Assembly (NCBI GenBank): GCA_946413265.1
Contig: CAMKJU010000006.1
Location: 1,659-65,658, forward strand
Source of the DNA: an uncultured Lentisphaerota bacterium
GTDB taxonomy: Bacteria; Verrucomicrobiota; Kiritimatiellia; RFP12; UBA1067
Direction of reading: 5' to 3'
DNA length: 64,000 nucleotides
Below are positions 45,146 through 54,167 of this stretch, piece after piece. The notes beneath the pieces are model-generated. The model was not told the origin of the DNA and searched no databases. It was given only the letters and a program-made list of their open reading frames with translations. Each line of letters begins with the position of its first letter. Positions within the stretch are counted from its first letter, which is position 1. Position numbers and translations under genes: made by a program.

Positions 45146-45735
45146 TCTCACGCAGAGACGCAGAGAGGCAGAGAGCGCAGAGAAGTTTTAAAGTAATTTT
45201 CCCTCGATTATTTGGCCACAAAGAACGCAAAGATCGCAAAGTAGGGAATGTCTCAGCTTCTTATTGCTTTCGTTGCTGGGAGATTTGTGACTTGGAGATT
45301 AGGAGGTATTATAATTATACTTTGAATCTCACCCCTTAATCTCCTAAACTCCCCATCTCCCAATAGCGAAAGCAATTATCCTACAACTCTGCGATCTTTG
45401 CGTTCTTTGCGGTTAAATAGACACATGCCAATTCCAAATCTCTGCGCTCTCTGCCTCTCTGCGCCTCTGCGTGAGAACCATCCCCCCACTCCACACTATC
45501 CGACTCGCATCCATTGCTTTCGCTACTGGGAGGTTTGGAGGCTCGGAGATTAGAGAGTATTTTATATTTACTCTAAATCTCACCCTCCTAACCTCCTAAA
45601 CTCCCCATCTCCCAATAGCGAAAGCAATTATTCTACAAAACTCTGTGCTCTTTGCGTGCGTTCTTTGCGGCTAAACGAATAGACATGCCAATCCCAAATC
45701 TCTGCACTCTCTGCCTCTCTGCGCCTCTGCGTGAG
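45146..45735. repeat. Nested palindromic repeat array
   Basis: A arms (45146-45183 / 45439-45476) enclose B arms (about 45215-45241 / 45387-45414), which enclose element C (45263-45376). The C + B-right + A-right block is repeated at 45513-45735. Confidence 0.85.
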
Positions 45736-45796
45736 TCCCCCCTGCGTGAGATAATTAATCAACCACACTCAAACTAGATTTGATATACTAAACGCC

Positions 45797-48118
45797 ATGC
45801 AAGCAAAGTATGATATCATCGTCGTTGGTGGCGGCCATGCAGGTGCTGAAGCAGCCCTCATTGCCGCACGCATGGGCGTGCAAACCCTCCTCATCACCAG
45901 CCGCCTGGACTCAATTGCGCAAATGCCATGCAATCCCTCGATTGGCGGACTCGCCAAGAGCCACCTCGTTTTCGAACTTGATGCTCTAGGCGGTGAAATG
46001 GGCTTCAACGCCGATCTGACTTCATTACAGGAAAAGACACTCAATACTAGTCGCGGACCCGCTGTCCAGGCCACCCGCGCACAATGCGACAAACGCGAAT
46101 ACACCCTTCGAATGCAGCGTGTAATCGCCACACAGCCAATGCTGGATGTTCTTGAAGATGCAGTAGTTGAAGTCAAAGTTGAGGGTTCTTCTGATGGAAA
46201 AGAAGCACTCCAGACGCGCCATGTAATAGGTGTAGAGACCGCTGAACACGGATTCATTCCATCCCGCAACATCATTCTTACCACCGGCACATCCCTCGGC
46301 GGTCGTATTTTCATCGGAAAAGAATCCATGCCATCAGGTGGAGATGGCCGCCCTGCTGTTGACCAGCTCAGCAACTCTTTGCGCCAACTCGGATTTACTC
46401 TTACCCGACTCAAAACTGGCACTCCACCTCGACTTTCTGCACGGTCTATTGACTTCTCCAAAACCATTGAACAGCCTGGAGAAAAGCATCCGTATTACTT
46501 TTCACTTCGTACACCAAACGCTATTTCATCGTCTTTTTCTCCGCATTTACACACAGATTTCAATACCAGATCGTCTTGTGACGATACCCATGTTTCCACG
46601 TGGAAACGTAATCTTTTCGACAAGGATGTGCCAAGCCAATGTTCCATTGGATCCCAGAAGGGAGATGAATACCGCGATTTTATAGGCTTAGGTAGGATTA
46701 TACCTATAAAGCAACCTAGTTCACGCAACGAGTTTAGCCAAGGCCACTCTATGTTGCCATCTACTAGTTCGACGGAATCAGCAAATACCTTGAGCCAATT
46801 ACATAACTCTTTGGAGGAAGGTTTAAACCATGGAGAGCCGGGAACACCGTCAAGACATACAGATGTTTTACATGATCTACATGGACAATCAAAAGTGGTT
46901 TTGCAGCCGGACTTGTTTTCTGTTTCCACGTGGAAACATAATCTGTTTTCAACAGAACACTATGCTCCATGGCCTGTGAATGCACCATGTGTAAGTTGTT
47001 TTGCTACGCATACAACTCCGCGTTCACATGAAATAATCCGAACGCACTTACAGGATAGCGCATTGTATGGAGGGGCAATTGTGGGAACTGGCGTACGGAA
47101 CTGTCCGTCGATTGAGGACAAGATTGTCCGCTTCCCAGCAGCCGAAAGCCACCATGTAATGCTGGAGCCAGAAGACCTTGCTGGAACAATCATTTATCCC
47201 AACGGTCTCTCAAACAGTTTGCCGAAAGAAGTGCAAGAGCAACTTGTCCATTCTGTACCAGGTCTCGAGCATGCCGAGTTCCTTGCCTACGCATACGCAA
47301 TCGAATATGACGGAATCGACGCCCGTGAACTGTCGCACACACTTGAGTCTAAGAGAATTGGCGGGTTGTACTTTGCCGGACAAATCAACGGAACGACTGG
47401 ATATGAAGAAGCCGCCGCGCAGGGGATCATGGCGGGAATCAACGCAGCATTCTCCGTGCTAGGAAAAGAGCCTCTTATTCTAAGCAGACAGGATGCCTAC
47501 ATTGGAGTCCTGATTGACGACCTTGTAACGAAGGGTACTGATGAGCCATACCGGATGTTTACAAGCCGAGCCGAACGGCGGCTCATTCTCCGACAAGACA
47601 ATGCACGTTTCCGTTTAATGCATGCCGCAGACCGCATTGGAGTTTTGCCAAGTGACATTCGTCAAAAGACGCGCCATATACATTCCAGCATTGAGGAGCT
47701 AGAGAATGGTTCCGCGAAAAAGTTGAGAATTGAGGGAAAGCCTTTGACATCGCATTTGAATCTCTGCCAGTCGCTTGACATGGTCCACGAGTTTGTCAGC
47801 AGCCACATAAAGGATTTCCCGTTCAGTCAGGATGACGCCTTGTCCATCATCGAACAACTCTGGATCAGGCACCATTACGCAGGATACATCCGGCAGGAAG
47901 AGATTGCGGCAGCGCGGGCAAAAAAAGACGAAACAATCCGTATTCCCGCTTGGCTAGATTATGACGCATGTGTTGCCGTGCGCTTTGAAAGCCGCGAGAA
48001 ACTCAAGAAGTTTCGACCAGAGACTCTCGCACAGGCAGCGCGAATTCCCGGTGTCAATCCAGCGGACATTGCCGTACTTGCCATCATAATCAAACGGGGA
48101 CATATAAAACGTCAATGA
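45797..48118 (+). CDS. mnmG: tRNA uridine-5-carboxymethylaminomethyl(34) synthesis enzyme MnmG (GidA) with large internal insert
   Basis: Motifs [54 protein letters not shown] and [11 protein letters not shown]. Confidence 0.95.
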   Translation: MQAKYDIIVVGGGHAGAEAALIAARMGVQTLLITSRLDSIAQMPCNPSIGGLAKSHLVFELDALGGEMGFNADLTSLQEKTLNTSRGPAVQATRAQCDKREYTLRMQRVIATQPMLDVLEDAVVEVKVEGSSDGKEALQTRHVIGVETAEHGFIPSRNIILTTGTSLGGRIFIGKESMPSGGDGRPAVDQLSNSLRQLGFTLTRLKTGTPPRLSARSIDFSKTIEQPGEKHPYYFSLRTPNAISSSFSPHLHTDFNTRSSCDDTHVSTWKRNLFDKDVPSQCSIGSQKGDEYRDFIGLGRIIPIKQPSSRNEFSQGHSMLPSTSSTESANTLSQLHNSLEEGLNHGEPGTPSRHTDVLHDLHGQSKVVLQPDLFSVSTWKHNLFSTEHYAPWPVNAPCVSCFATHTTPRSHEIIRTHLQDSALYGGAIVGTGVRNCPSIEDKIVRFPAAESHHVMLEPEDLAGTIIYPNGLSNSLPKEVQEQLVHSVPGLEHAEFLAYAYAIEYDGIDARELSHTLESKRIGGLYFAGQINGTTGYEEAAAQGIMAGINAAFSVLGKEPLILSRQDAYIGVLIDDLVTKGTDEPYRMFTSRAERRLILRQDNARFRLMHAADRIGVLPSDIRQKTRHIHSSIEELENGSAKKLRIEGKPLTSHLNLCQSLDMVHEFVSSHIKDFPFSQDDALSIIEQLWIRHHYAGYIRQEEIAAARAKKDETIRIPAWLDYDACVAVRFESREKLKKFRPETLAQAARIPGVNPADIAVLAIIIKRGHIKRQ
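46591..46608. promoter_or_regulatory. parS-like palindrome 1 (inside mnmG insert)
   Basis: TGTTTCCACGTGGAAACG; the 16-bp core GTTTCCACGTGGAAAC is a perfect palindrome. Confidence 0.6.
46921..46938. promoter_or_regulatory. parS-like palindrome 2 (inside mnmG insert)
   Basis: Perfect 18-bp palindrome TGTTTCCACGTGGAAACA. Confidence 0.62.
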
Positions 48119-48180
48119 ATGTTATGCGTTATTTACTTTTGGGGTTGCAGTGAACGGCTAAAAGAGGTATACTAACTGGC

Positions 48181-49101
48181 GTGAAAACAAATGAGATACA
48201 TTTGACGACGTTCTTCGAGGTTGAAGACGTGATGCCTCATTGTGGCAACATGTCACGTGATGAGGTCGTGCGCGCATTGGCATCCAGACTTGCCAAGCGC
48301 TATAACTTGTCGGGAGGCGACGCTCTAGCCGATGCGGTGCTGGCCCGTGAACAGGAAGGATCGACGGTGCTGATGGACGGTCTTGCCGTGCCACATGCCC
48401 GAGTGGAGGGTCTGGACAGGCCGTATGCCGCGATAGCCACGAGCGAACGCGGAATCCAGTGGTCTGAGGAGAGTTCGAACAAGGTGCACATCGTGTTCCT
48501 GATTCTCATTCCGCGCGAAGACCCCGCCCTGTACCTGAAGGTACTCCATGTTCTTGGAACGGTCCTCAGCGACCGAGAGCAGTTCAACCTCGTCGCGGCG
48601 ATGTCAAACGCAGGCGAAATCTACCGCTTCTTCAAGAACGGCGAAGTTTATCTGCCCAGGTTCCTCACAGCCGCAGACATCATGAAGCGCGAATACAAGG
48701 CGCTTCGTTCTGACGACACGCTCCAGACCTGCATCAACGCCCTCATTTCGGAACACACGTCCGAACTTCCGGTCGTCGATTCCGAAGGCCGTCTCAAGGG
48801 CGTGGCGCGTGCGGACAACCTGCTGCGCGCCTGCATTCCCGAGCACGTGCTGTGGATGGAGGACATCTCCTCCATTCTCGACTTCGAGCCATTCGTGCGG
48901 GTTCTGGACGACGAGTCCACGACGCCGCTCACCACAATCCTTGACGGCAAGTACCCAACTGTCTCGCCGGACAGCCCCGCCGTGCAGATCGCATGCGAGA
49001 TGATGCGCCACAAGAGCTCCAAATGCTACGTTCGGGAAGGTGACCGCCTCGTCGGCGTAGTAAAACTCACGGAATTTCTCAACAAGATATTTAGGGAGTG
49101 A
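48181..49101 (+). CDS. PTS EIIA(Ntr/Fru-type) domain fused to CBS pair
   Basis: REQEGST...AVPHAR phospho-His motif; CBS motifs LTAADIM and LPVVDSEGRLKG. Promoter TTGCAG-N17-TATACT. Confidence 0.85.
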   Translation: MKTNEIHLTTFFEVEDVMPHCGNMSRDEVVRALASRLAKRYNLSGGDALADAVLAREQEGSTVLMDGLAVPHARVEGLDRPYAAIATSERGIQWSEESSNKVHIVFLILIPREDPALYLKVLHVLGTVLSDREQFNLVAAMSNAGEIYRFFKNGEVYLPRFLTAADIMKREYKALRSDDTLQTCINALISEHTSELPVVDSEGRLKGVARADNLLRACIPEHVLWMEDISSILDFEPFVRVLDDESTTPLTTILDGKYPTVSPDSPAVQIACEMMRHKSSKCYVREGDRLVGVVKLTEFLNKIFRE

Positions 49102-49106
49102 GTACA

Positions 49107-50576
49107 ATGAAGTTCTTCAATCCAAAATTCCTGCTGCTCGCGTTGATCGTGTGCGGCGTGACGTTCGGTGGACTCGAGGCCGGCCTCGCGACAAATTCCA
49201 CGCAGGCCCTGACGCTTGCCGTGTTTTCGGCGGTCATCTCCACGACGCTCCTTTTCTGGGAGCGGCGCGTGGGCGTGGCGTTCATCGGCGTCGCATTGCT
49301 CGTGGCATGCAAGGCGATGACGCTCAAGTCGGTCGTTCTCGGCGCGGAACTCGACATCATCCTATTCCTCGTCGGCATGATGATCATCGTGGGCGTGCTG
49401 AAGGACCTCGGTTTTCTGACATGGATCATCCAGGCGATCATAAGCCGAAAAAGAATGACCGGCGTGTCGTTCACGGCAATACTGTGTCTGCTCTCGTCCG
49501 TACTGGCGTCTGTGGTGGACGAGGTGTCGTCCATCGTCGTCGTGCTTGCCCTCGTGTTCCAGGTATGTGACACGCTGAAGCTTCGTCCCCACCCGTTCGT
49601 CTTGATCGCGGTGATGGCCACCAACATCGGCTCTTCTGCCACAATGCTGGGCAATCCGGTGGGCATCTACATCGGCAGCCACGCCGGATTCACGTTCTCT
49701 CAGTTCCTGGTCGGTGCAACCCCCGTGGCGTTCGTTGCGCTCGTCTGTACGTTCGCCATCACGGTGTTCTGGTTCCGGAATGCCATTCAGGAAATGTCGA
49801 AGGCAATGGAAAACCACCGGAAACTGGGACTTGGACCGACTGCTAAGATCCCCTACAAGGCAGGGCTATTCGTCTTGCTGACAACGGTGGTTGTCATCGC
49901 CTTCCACCACCAGATAGAAGGGGTGCTCGGATTGATGGGTGCCGACAACAAAAACGCTTTCCTCATCATGACGCCGCTCGTGATCGCCGGCATCCTCATG
50001 ATCCTCCGTCCTTCGCGCGCGCGACACTATGTGGAACATGAAGTCGAATGGTGGACGCTCCTGTTCTTCATGCTTCTTTTCGCCATATCGGCCTCGCTCA
50101 GCCACAACGGAATCACGAAAAACCTGGCCAGCACGCTCACCCAGCACGTAAAGGGCGGGCCGAACGGCATGATTCCGCTCGTCATCCTCATCTCGTCGCT
50201 TGGATCGGCGTTTGTGGACAACATCGTCTTTGTCGCGTCGTTCACGCCAGTGGTCCAGGATATGCTGAAAATTTCATCCGACTATTCCGTGCTCTGGTGG
50301 GCCCTTCTCTTCGGCGCCTGCTACGGCGGCAACGTCACCGTGGTCGGTTCCACCGCGAACATCGTGGCGTCGGGTCTCCTGGAAAAGCACGGCTACCACC
50401 CGATCAAGTTCGGCGACTGGATCAAGATCGGCGCGTTCGTCGGCGTTGTCAGCGGCGTCGTTGCCTGGGTCATGTTGCTCTTCATGCCAGTGCCCCACCC
50501 GGCCGCTGATGAAGCGACTGTACAGCCCCCGCCCGCGCAAACTGAGTCGGCACACCCTCCATCAGTTCAAACCTGA
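49107..50576 (+). CDS. ArsB/NhaD/CitMHS (IT superfamily) transporter
   Basis: Motifs LFLVGMMIIV, ATNIGSSATMLGNP, SAFVDNI and GGNVTVVGSTAN. Alternative GTG start at 49098. Confidence 0.85.
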   Translation: MKFFNPKFLLLALIVCGVTFGGLEAGLATNSTQALTLAVFSAVISTTLLFWERRVGVAFIGVALLVACKAMTLKSVVLGAELDIILFLVGMMIIVGVLKDLGFLTWIIQAIISRKRMTGVSFTAILCLLSSVLASVVDEVSSIVVVLALVFQVCDTLKLRPHPFVLIAVMATNIGSSATMLGNPVGIYIGSHAGFTFSQFLVGATPVAFVALVCTFAITVFWFRNAIQEMSKAMENHRKLGLGPTAKIPYKAGLFVLLTTVVVIAFHHQIEGVLGLMGADNKNAFLIMTPLVIAGILMILRPSRARHYVEHEVEWWTLLFFMLLFAISASLSHNGITKNLASTLTQHVKGGPNGMIPLVILISSLGSAFVDNIVFVASFTPVVQDMLKISSDYSVLWWALLFGACYGGNVTVVGSTANIVASGLLEKHGYHPIKFGDWIKIGAFVGVVSGVVAWVMLLFMPVPHPAADEATVQPPPAQTESAHPPSVQT

Positions 50577-50590
50577 AACCCAAGGATACG

Positions 50591-51199
50591 ATGGTACAAG
50601 TCCTTCCAACACTCGCCGTCGCATGCATCTCGTTTTTGGCAGGTGCGTTGACGCTCTACATTCTGCAGTCAAGGAAGAACCCTTCGAAGGACTCTGCCGA
50701 GAAGGGAACAACTCCCGAACACGAGGTCCTCAAAAAGTACATCGACAAGTTCGCTATGTTCCCGACCTTCCGCGCCTATTCTAAGAAAGAGGCAATCGAA
50801 CAGCTAGTCGATATCGCCGGGCAGCGTTTTCCCGACATCGTGACCAAAGTTGATGAAGCCAAGCAAGCCGTATACAAACGTGAGGAATCAATGGCCACCG
50901 GCCTTGACTACGGCATCGCCGTACCTCACGGGCGAACGGCGGCCGTCAGGCAGATATGCGGCGTCATTGCACTTGTCGACAACTCGAAAAACGACAATGG
51001 CATCATACCAGACTACGAGACAATCGACCATTCAAAGATCCAGATCATCTGTCTCATGCTCATACCGGATTCAATGAACGCTTCCTACCTTCAGATGCTC
51101 AGTACCTTTATCCGCATCTTCCAGAACGCCGACAATCGCGAACAGCTGCTTTCATGCAAAACACCAAAAGACATGAAGCGATTCTTCAATTCACTTTAG
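50591..51199 (+). CDS. Membrane-anchored PTS EIIA-domain protein
   Basis: N-terminal TM segment; REESMATGLDYGIAVPHGR. Confidence 0.8.
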   Translation: MVQVLPTLAVACISFLAGALTLYILQSRKNPSKDSAEKGTTPEHEVLKKYIDKFAMFPTFRAYSKKEAIEQLVDIAGQRFPDIVTKVDEAKQAVYKREESMATGLDYGIAVPHGRTAAVRQICGVIALVDNSKNDNGIIPDYETIDHSKIQIICLMLIPDSMNASYLQMLSTFIRIFQNADNREQLLSCKTPKDMKRFFNSL

Positions 51200-51219
51200 A
51201 TATTGTGTCTTCCCGTAAC

Positions 51220-51242
51220 TTATCAACAATACCTGTAGATAA
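51220..51242. promoter_or_regulatory. DnaA boxes upstream of dnaA
   Basis: TTATCAACA (51220-51228) and TGTAGATAA (51234-51242). Confidence 0.7.
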
Positions 51243-51327
51243 CTTGTAGACATATTATCATTTTTTGTGCGTGGCTTTTACCCCAAAATATGATTGAATA
51301 GTGGTGAACTTTCAAGGAAGAAAAGGC

Positions 51328-52758
51328 ATGTCTGAAGTAGATTCGTCAATAGCTCCTGGAGGATTGTGGGAGCAGATTGTTGAACTGGTGAGGAAACAGT
51401 TTACAACGGAGAGCGACCGTAGCAAAATGGAGCGCTACTTTCCGCTGTTCATATCGCATGAACTAAAAGGGGATACGCTTAGCATTGGCGTGGCTGAAGC
51501 CTTGCAGGTAGAGTGGTTCACTACTCTTTTCAAGGTACCCATTGAAAGCGCTCTTCACGCTTTAGGCCATCCATCGGCGAAAGTCGTTTTTGACATCGCT
51601 GAAAATGCCGGCGCTTCCGTTGTTCAAAAACCGCAACCTTCGCCAGCTCATTTACTGAAGCCATCTTCCTCTTCAACGCCATCTTTAATGGGGATGCCAT
51701 CCACACTTCCCCTTACGGAAAACTACACGTTCCAGAACTTCGTCGTAGGTCCGTCCAACTCGTTTGCCCATGCTACGGCAATGGCCGTTGCGAATGGTCC
51801 GGGACGCACGTCGAACAATCCTCTTTTCATCTATGGAGGCACGGGTCTTGGCAAGACGCACTTGATGCAGTCGATCGGACACTACGTTCTCAAAAACAAT
51901 CCCGCTGCTTCAGTCTGCTACATCACGTCCGAAACCTTCTTGAACGAATATATCAACGCACTCACCAACAACGCAATGCCGGCGTTCCGCGAGCGCTACC
52001 GCAAGGTGGACGTCCTGCTTCTCGACGACGTTCAGTTCATCGCCGACAAACGACAATTCCAGGAAGAATTCTTCAACACGTTCAGCTCTCTCATGACCTA
52101 CCAGAAACAGGTAGTCATGACGAGCGATGTTGCGCCAAAGGACTTGAAGGGATGCGAAGAGCGCCTGACTGGCCGGTTTAAGCAGGGAATGGTTGTAGAA
52201 ATCGAAGCACCATCATACGAAACCCGACTTGCAATTCTCAAATTCAAGGTAAAGATGCAAAGTGCGGGACGCGTCATCCCCGAGGAAATCCTGAAGTACA
52301 TCGCAGAAAACATCCGCTCGCACGTCCGCGCGCTTGAAGGCGCAATCAGCCGCGTCATCACATTCATCGATTTGAATCCAAATATCCCGATGACGCTTGA
52401 AATCGTGCAGCATCTTCTCAAGGATTCAATCGAACAGGAAAAGACGATCAAGGACTTAACGGTCGAGGACATCATGAAAGTCGTCACGGAATTCTACGGC
52501 GTGACGCTTTCCGACATTCTATCCCCGCAGCGAACGCAGACGCTCGTGACGCCGCGTCAGGTCGCCATGTTCCTTTCCGTAAAGCTCACCACGCGTTCGC
52601 TCGTGGAAATCGGCAGGTCATTTGGGAAGACGCACGCGACGGTCTACCATGGCGCACAGACTATCCAAAAGAGAATTGACGTCGAGAGCGATCTGCGCAA
52701 AGTAATTGAAAACCTCACGTCTCAACTCGGACGAAATCCGTCAGAACTATCGAAATGA
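51328..52758 (+). CDS. dnaA: Chromosomal replication initiator DnaA
   Basis: Motifs YTFQNFVVGPSN, NPLFIYGGTGLGKTHL, LLLDDVQF, VRALEGA and PRQVAMFL. Start placed at ATG 51328. Confidence 0.97.
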   Translation: MSEVDSSIAPGGLWEQIVELVRKQFTTESDRSKMERYFPLFISHELKGDTLSIGVAEALQVEWFTTLFKVPIESALHALGHPSAKVVFDIAENAGASVVQKPQPSPAHLLKPSSSSTPSLMGMPSTLPLTENYTFQNFVVGPSNSFAHATAMAVANGPGRTSNNPLFIYGGTGLGKTHLMQSIGHYVLKNNPAASVCYITSETFLNEYINALTNNAMPAFRERYRKVDVLLLDDVQFIADKRQFQEEFFNTFSSLMTYQKQVVMTSDVAPKDLKGCEERLTGRFKQGMVVEIEAPSYETRLAILKFKVKMQSAGRVIPEEILKYIAENIRSHVRALEGAISRVITFIDLNPNIPMTLEIVQHLLKDSIEQEKTIKDLTVEDIMKVVTEFYGVTLSDILSPQRTQTLVTPRQVAMFLSVKLTTRSLVEIGRSFGKTHATVYHGAQTIQKRIDVESDLRKVIENLTSQLGRNPSELSK

Positions 52759-53035
52759 CAACCTGCCGACAAGCCGTGCATAAGCTGTTTACAACGACGT
52801 TTGTTATGAACACCTATCAACAGAAAAAAGAGTTGTTCTCCGCTGACAACAAGTTAGCGAAAACGCTATCAACACCCCAAGAAGGCTTCTGCCCCTACGG
52901 AATACGCTGTCTCGCTTACTTGTGAACAGTATCAACACGCCTAATATTTTTTACTTCATACTTTACTTCAATACCAAAAATAGTGTACAATTTTAGCCGT
53001 CCACCCAAAACAGAAAGTGGTCTAACCAAAAGGAG
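52759..53035. other. Replication origin oriC (dnaA-dnaN intergenic)
   Basis: Box-like 9-mers TTATGAACA 52804, CTATCAACA 52814 and 52866, tandem TTGTGAACA/GTATCAACA 52920-52937, then CGC and an AT-rich tract CTAATATTTTTTACTTCATACTTTACTTCAATAC. Confidence 0.8.
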
Positions 53036-53041
53036 TTGTCC

Positions 53042-54136
53042 ATGAAGTTCAAAATCGTAAGGTCCAAGTTCCTCGAAGGACTGAAAAAAGTGCAGAACAT
53101 CGTAGCCACGAAAGGCACGATGCAGATTCTCCAGAACGTACTCATAGAGGCAAAGGACAAGCAATTGCTTCTTACTACGACGGACCTGGACATCTCGATA
53201 CGCAGCGTGATCGGGTGCGATGTTGAGGAGGATGGTTCTACTACGCTTCCAGTGAAGCTTCTTTTCAGCGTAGTCTCCAAGGCGGCGGAAGGTCCTGTCG
53301 AAGTCACCGTGGATGCCCAGGACCGCGCCGTGATCAACGCTGGCACCGCCACGTTCAAACTCGCCGGCATGTCTGTTGTGGACTACCCAGCCTTGCCGAC
53401 TGACCAGAATTCCTTTGAGTACGTCATTCCGCAAATCACGATGAAGGAGATGCTGCGCAAGACTGCTTACGCCGTATCGCAGGATGACACGCGCAAGACG
53501 TTGAAGGGCGTGCTGTCGTCGTTCAAGGACGGCAAGCTGACGATGGTTGCCACTGATGGTCGCCGCCTTGCTCTCGTTGAACACGAGATCGAGCTTCCCG
53601 CAGAGGCTGAGCGCGACGTCATTCTTCCCGGCAAGGTTGTCAACGAACTCCAGCGTTCGCTGACTAGCGACGGCGACGTGCGCATCACCATTGAAAAGAC
53701 GCAGATTTCATTCAACCTCGGCGACACGCGCATCTACTCAAAGCTGCTTGACGAAGTCTATCCTAACTTCCGTCAGGTCATCCCCACCGAATGCGCCGAG
53801 CATATCGTCGTCGACCGCCAGCTCTTGCTGGACGCTCTCGACCGCGCAAGCGTGATGATGTTTGAGGATACGAACTCCACAAAGCTCATATTCGACTCAA
53901 ACCAGCTCATCGTTACGGCCTCGGCTACGGAAGTCGCCGAATCTACGGATATCGTGCCGATCAAGTATGATGGCAGCCGCATAGAAATCGTGTTCAACCC
54001 CACTTACGTGATGGATCCGCTCAAGGCCATTGACGAGGACGAGGTGACGATTGAGTTGAATGATGGAACGAAGCCTGCGATGATCAAGTGCTCGATTCCG
54101 TTCCTGTACGTCATGATGCCGTTGCGCGTCAGTTGA
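53042..54136 (+). CDS. dnaN: DNA polymerase III beta clamp
   Basis: MKFKIVRS start with AAGGAG RBS; motifs TTDLDISI, VATDGRRLA, YPNFRQVIP and YVMMPLRV. Confidence 0.97.
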   Translation: MKFKIVRSKFLEGLKKVQNIVATKGTMQILQNVLIEAKDKQLLLTTTDLDISIRSVIGCDVEEDGSTTLPVKLLFSVVSKAAEGPVEVTVDAQDRAVINAGTATFKLAGMSVVDYPALPTDQNSFEYVIPQITMKEMLRKTAYAVSQDDTRKTLKGVLSSFKDGKLTMVATDGRRLALVEHEIELPAEAERDVILPGKVVNELQRSLTSDGDVRITIEKTQISFNLGDTRIYSKLLDEVYPNFRQVIPTECAEHIVVDRQLLLDALDRASVMMFEDTNSTKLIFDSNQLIVTASATEVAESTDIVPIKYDGSRIEIVFNPTYVMDPLKAIDEDEVTIELNDGTKPAMIKCSIPFLYVMMPLRVS

Positions 54137-54167
54137 TTGACGCCTTACCATCAGAAGAAGGTTTGCA

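Noticed and set aside
45136-45339. Small ORF in the repeat array
   Set aside because: It is composed of repeat arms, with no RBS or coding bias.
45060-45735. CRISPR array
   Set aside because: Repeats are inverted, nested and degenerate, with no regular repeat-spacer period, and there are no cas genes in the window.
46510-46980. Intein or self-splicing intron in mnmG
   Set aside because: No C-terminal HN-(C/S/T) splice motif, no homing endonuclease motifs and no recognisable group I/II structure. The frame is simply open.
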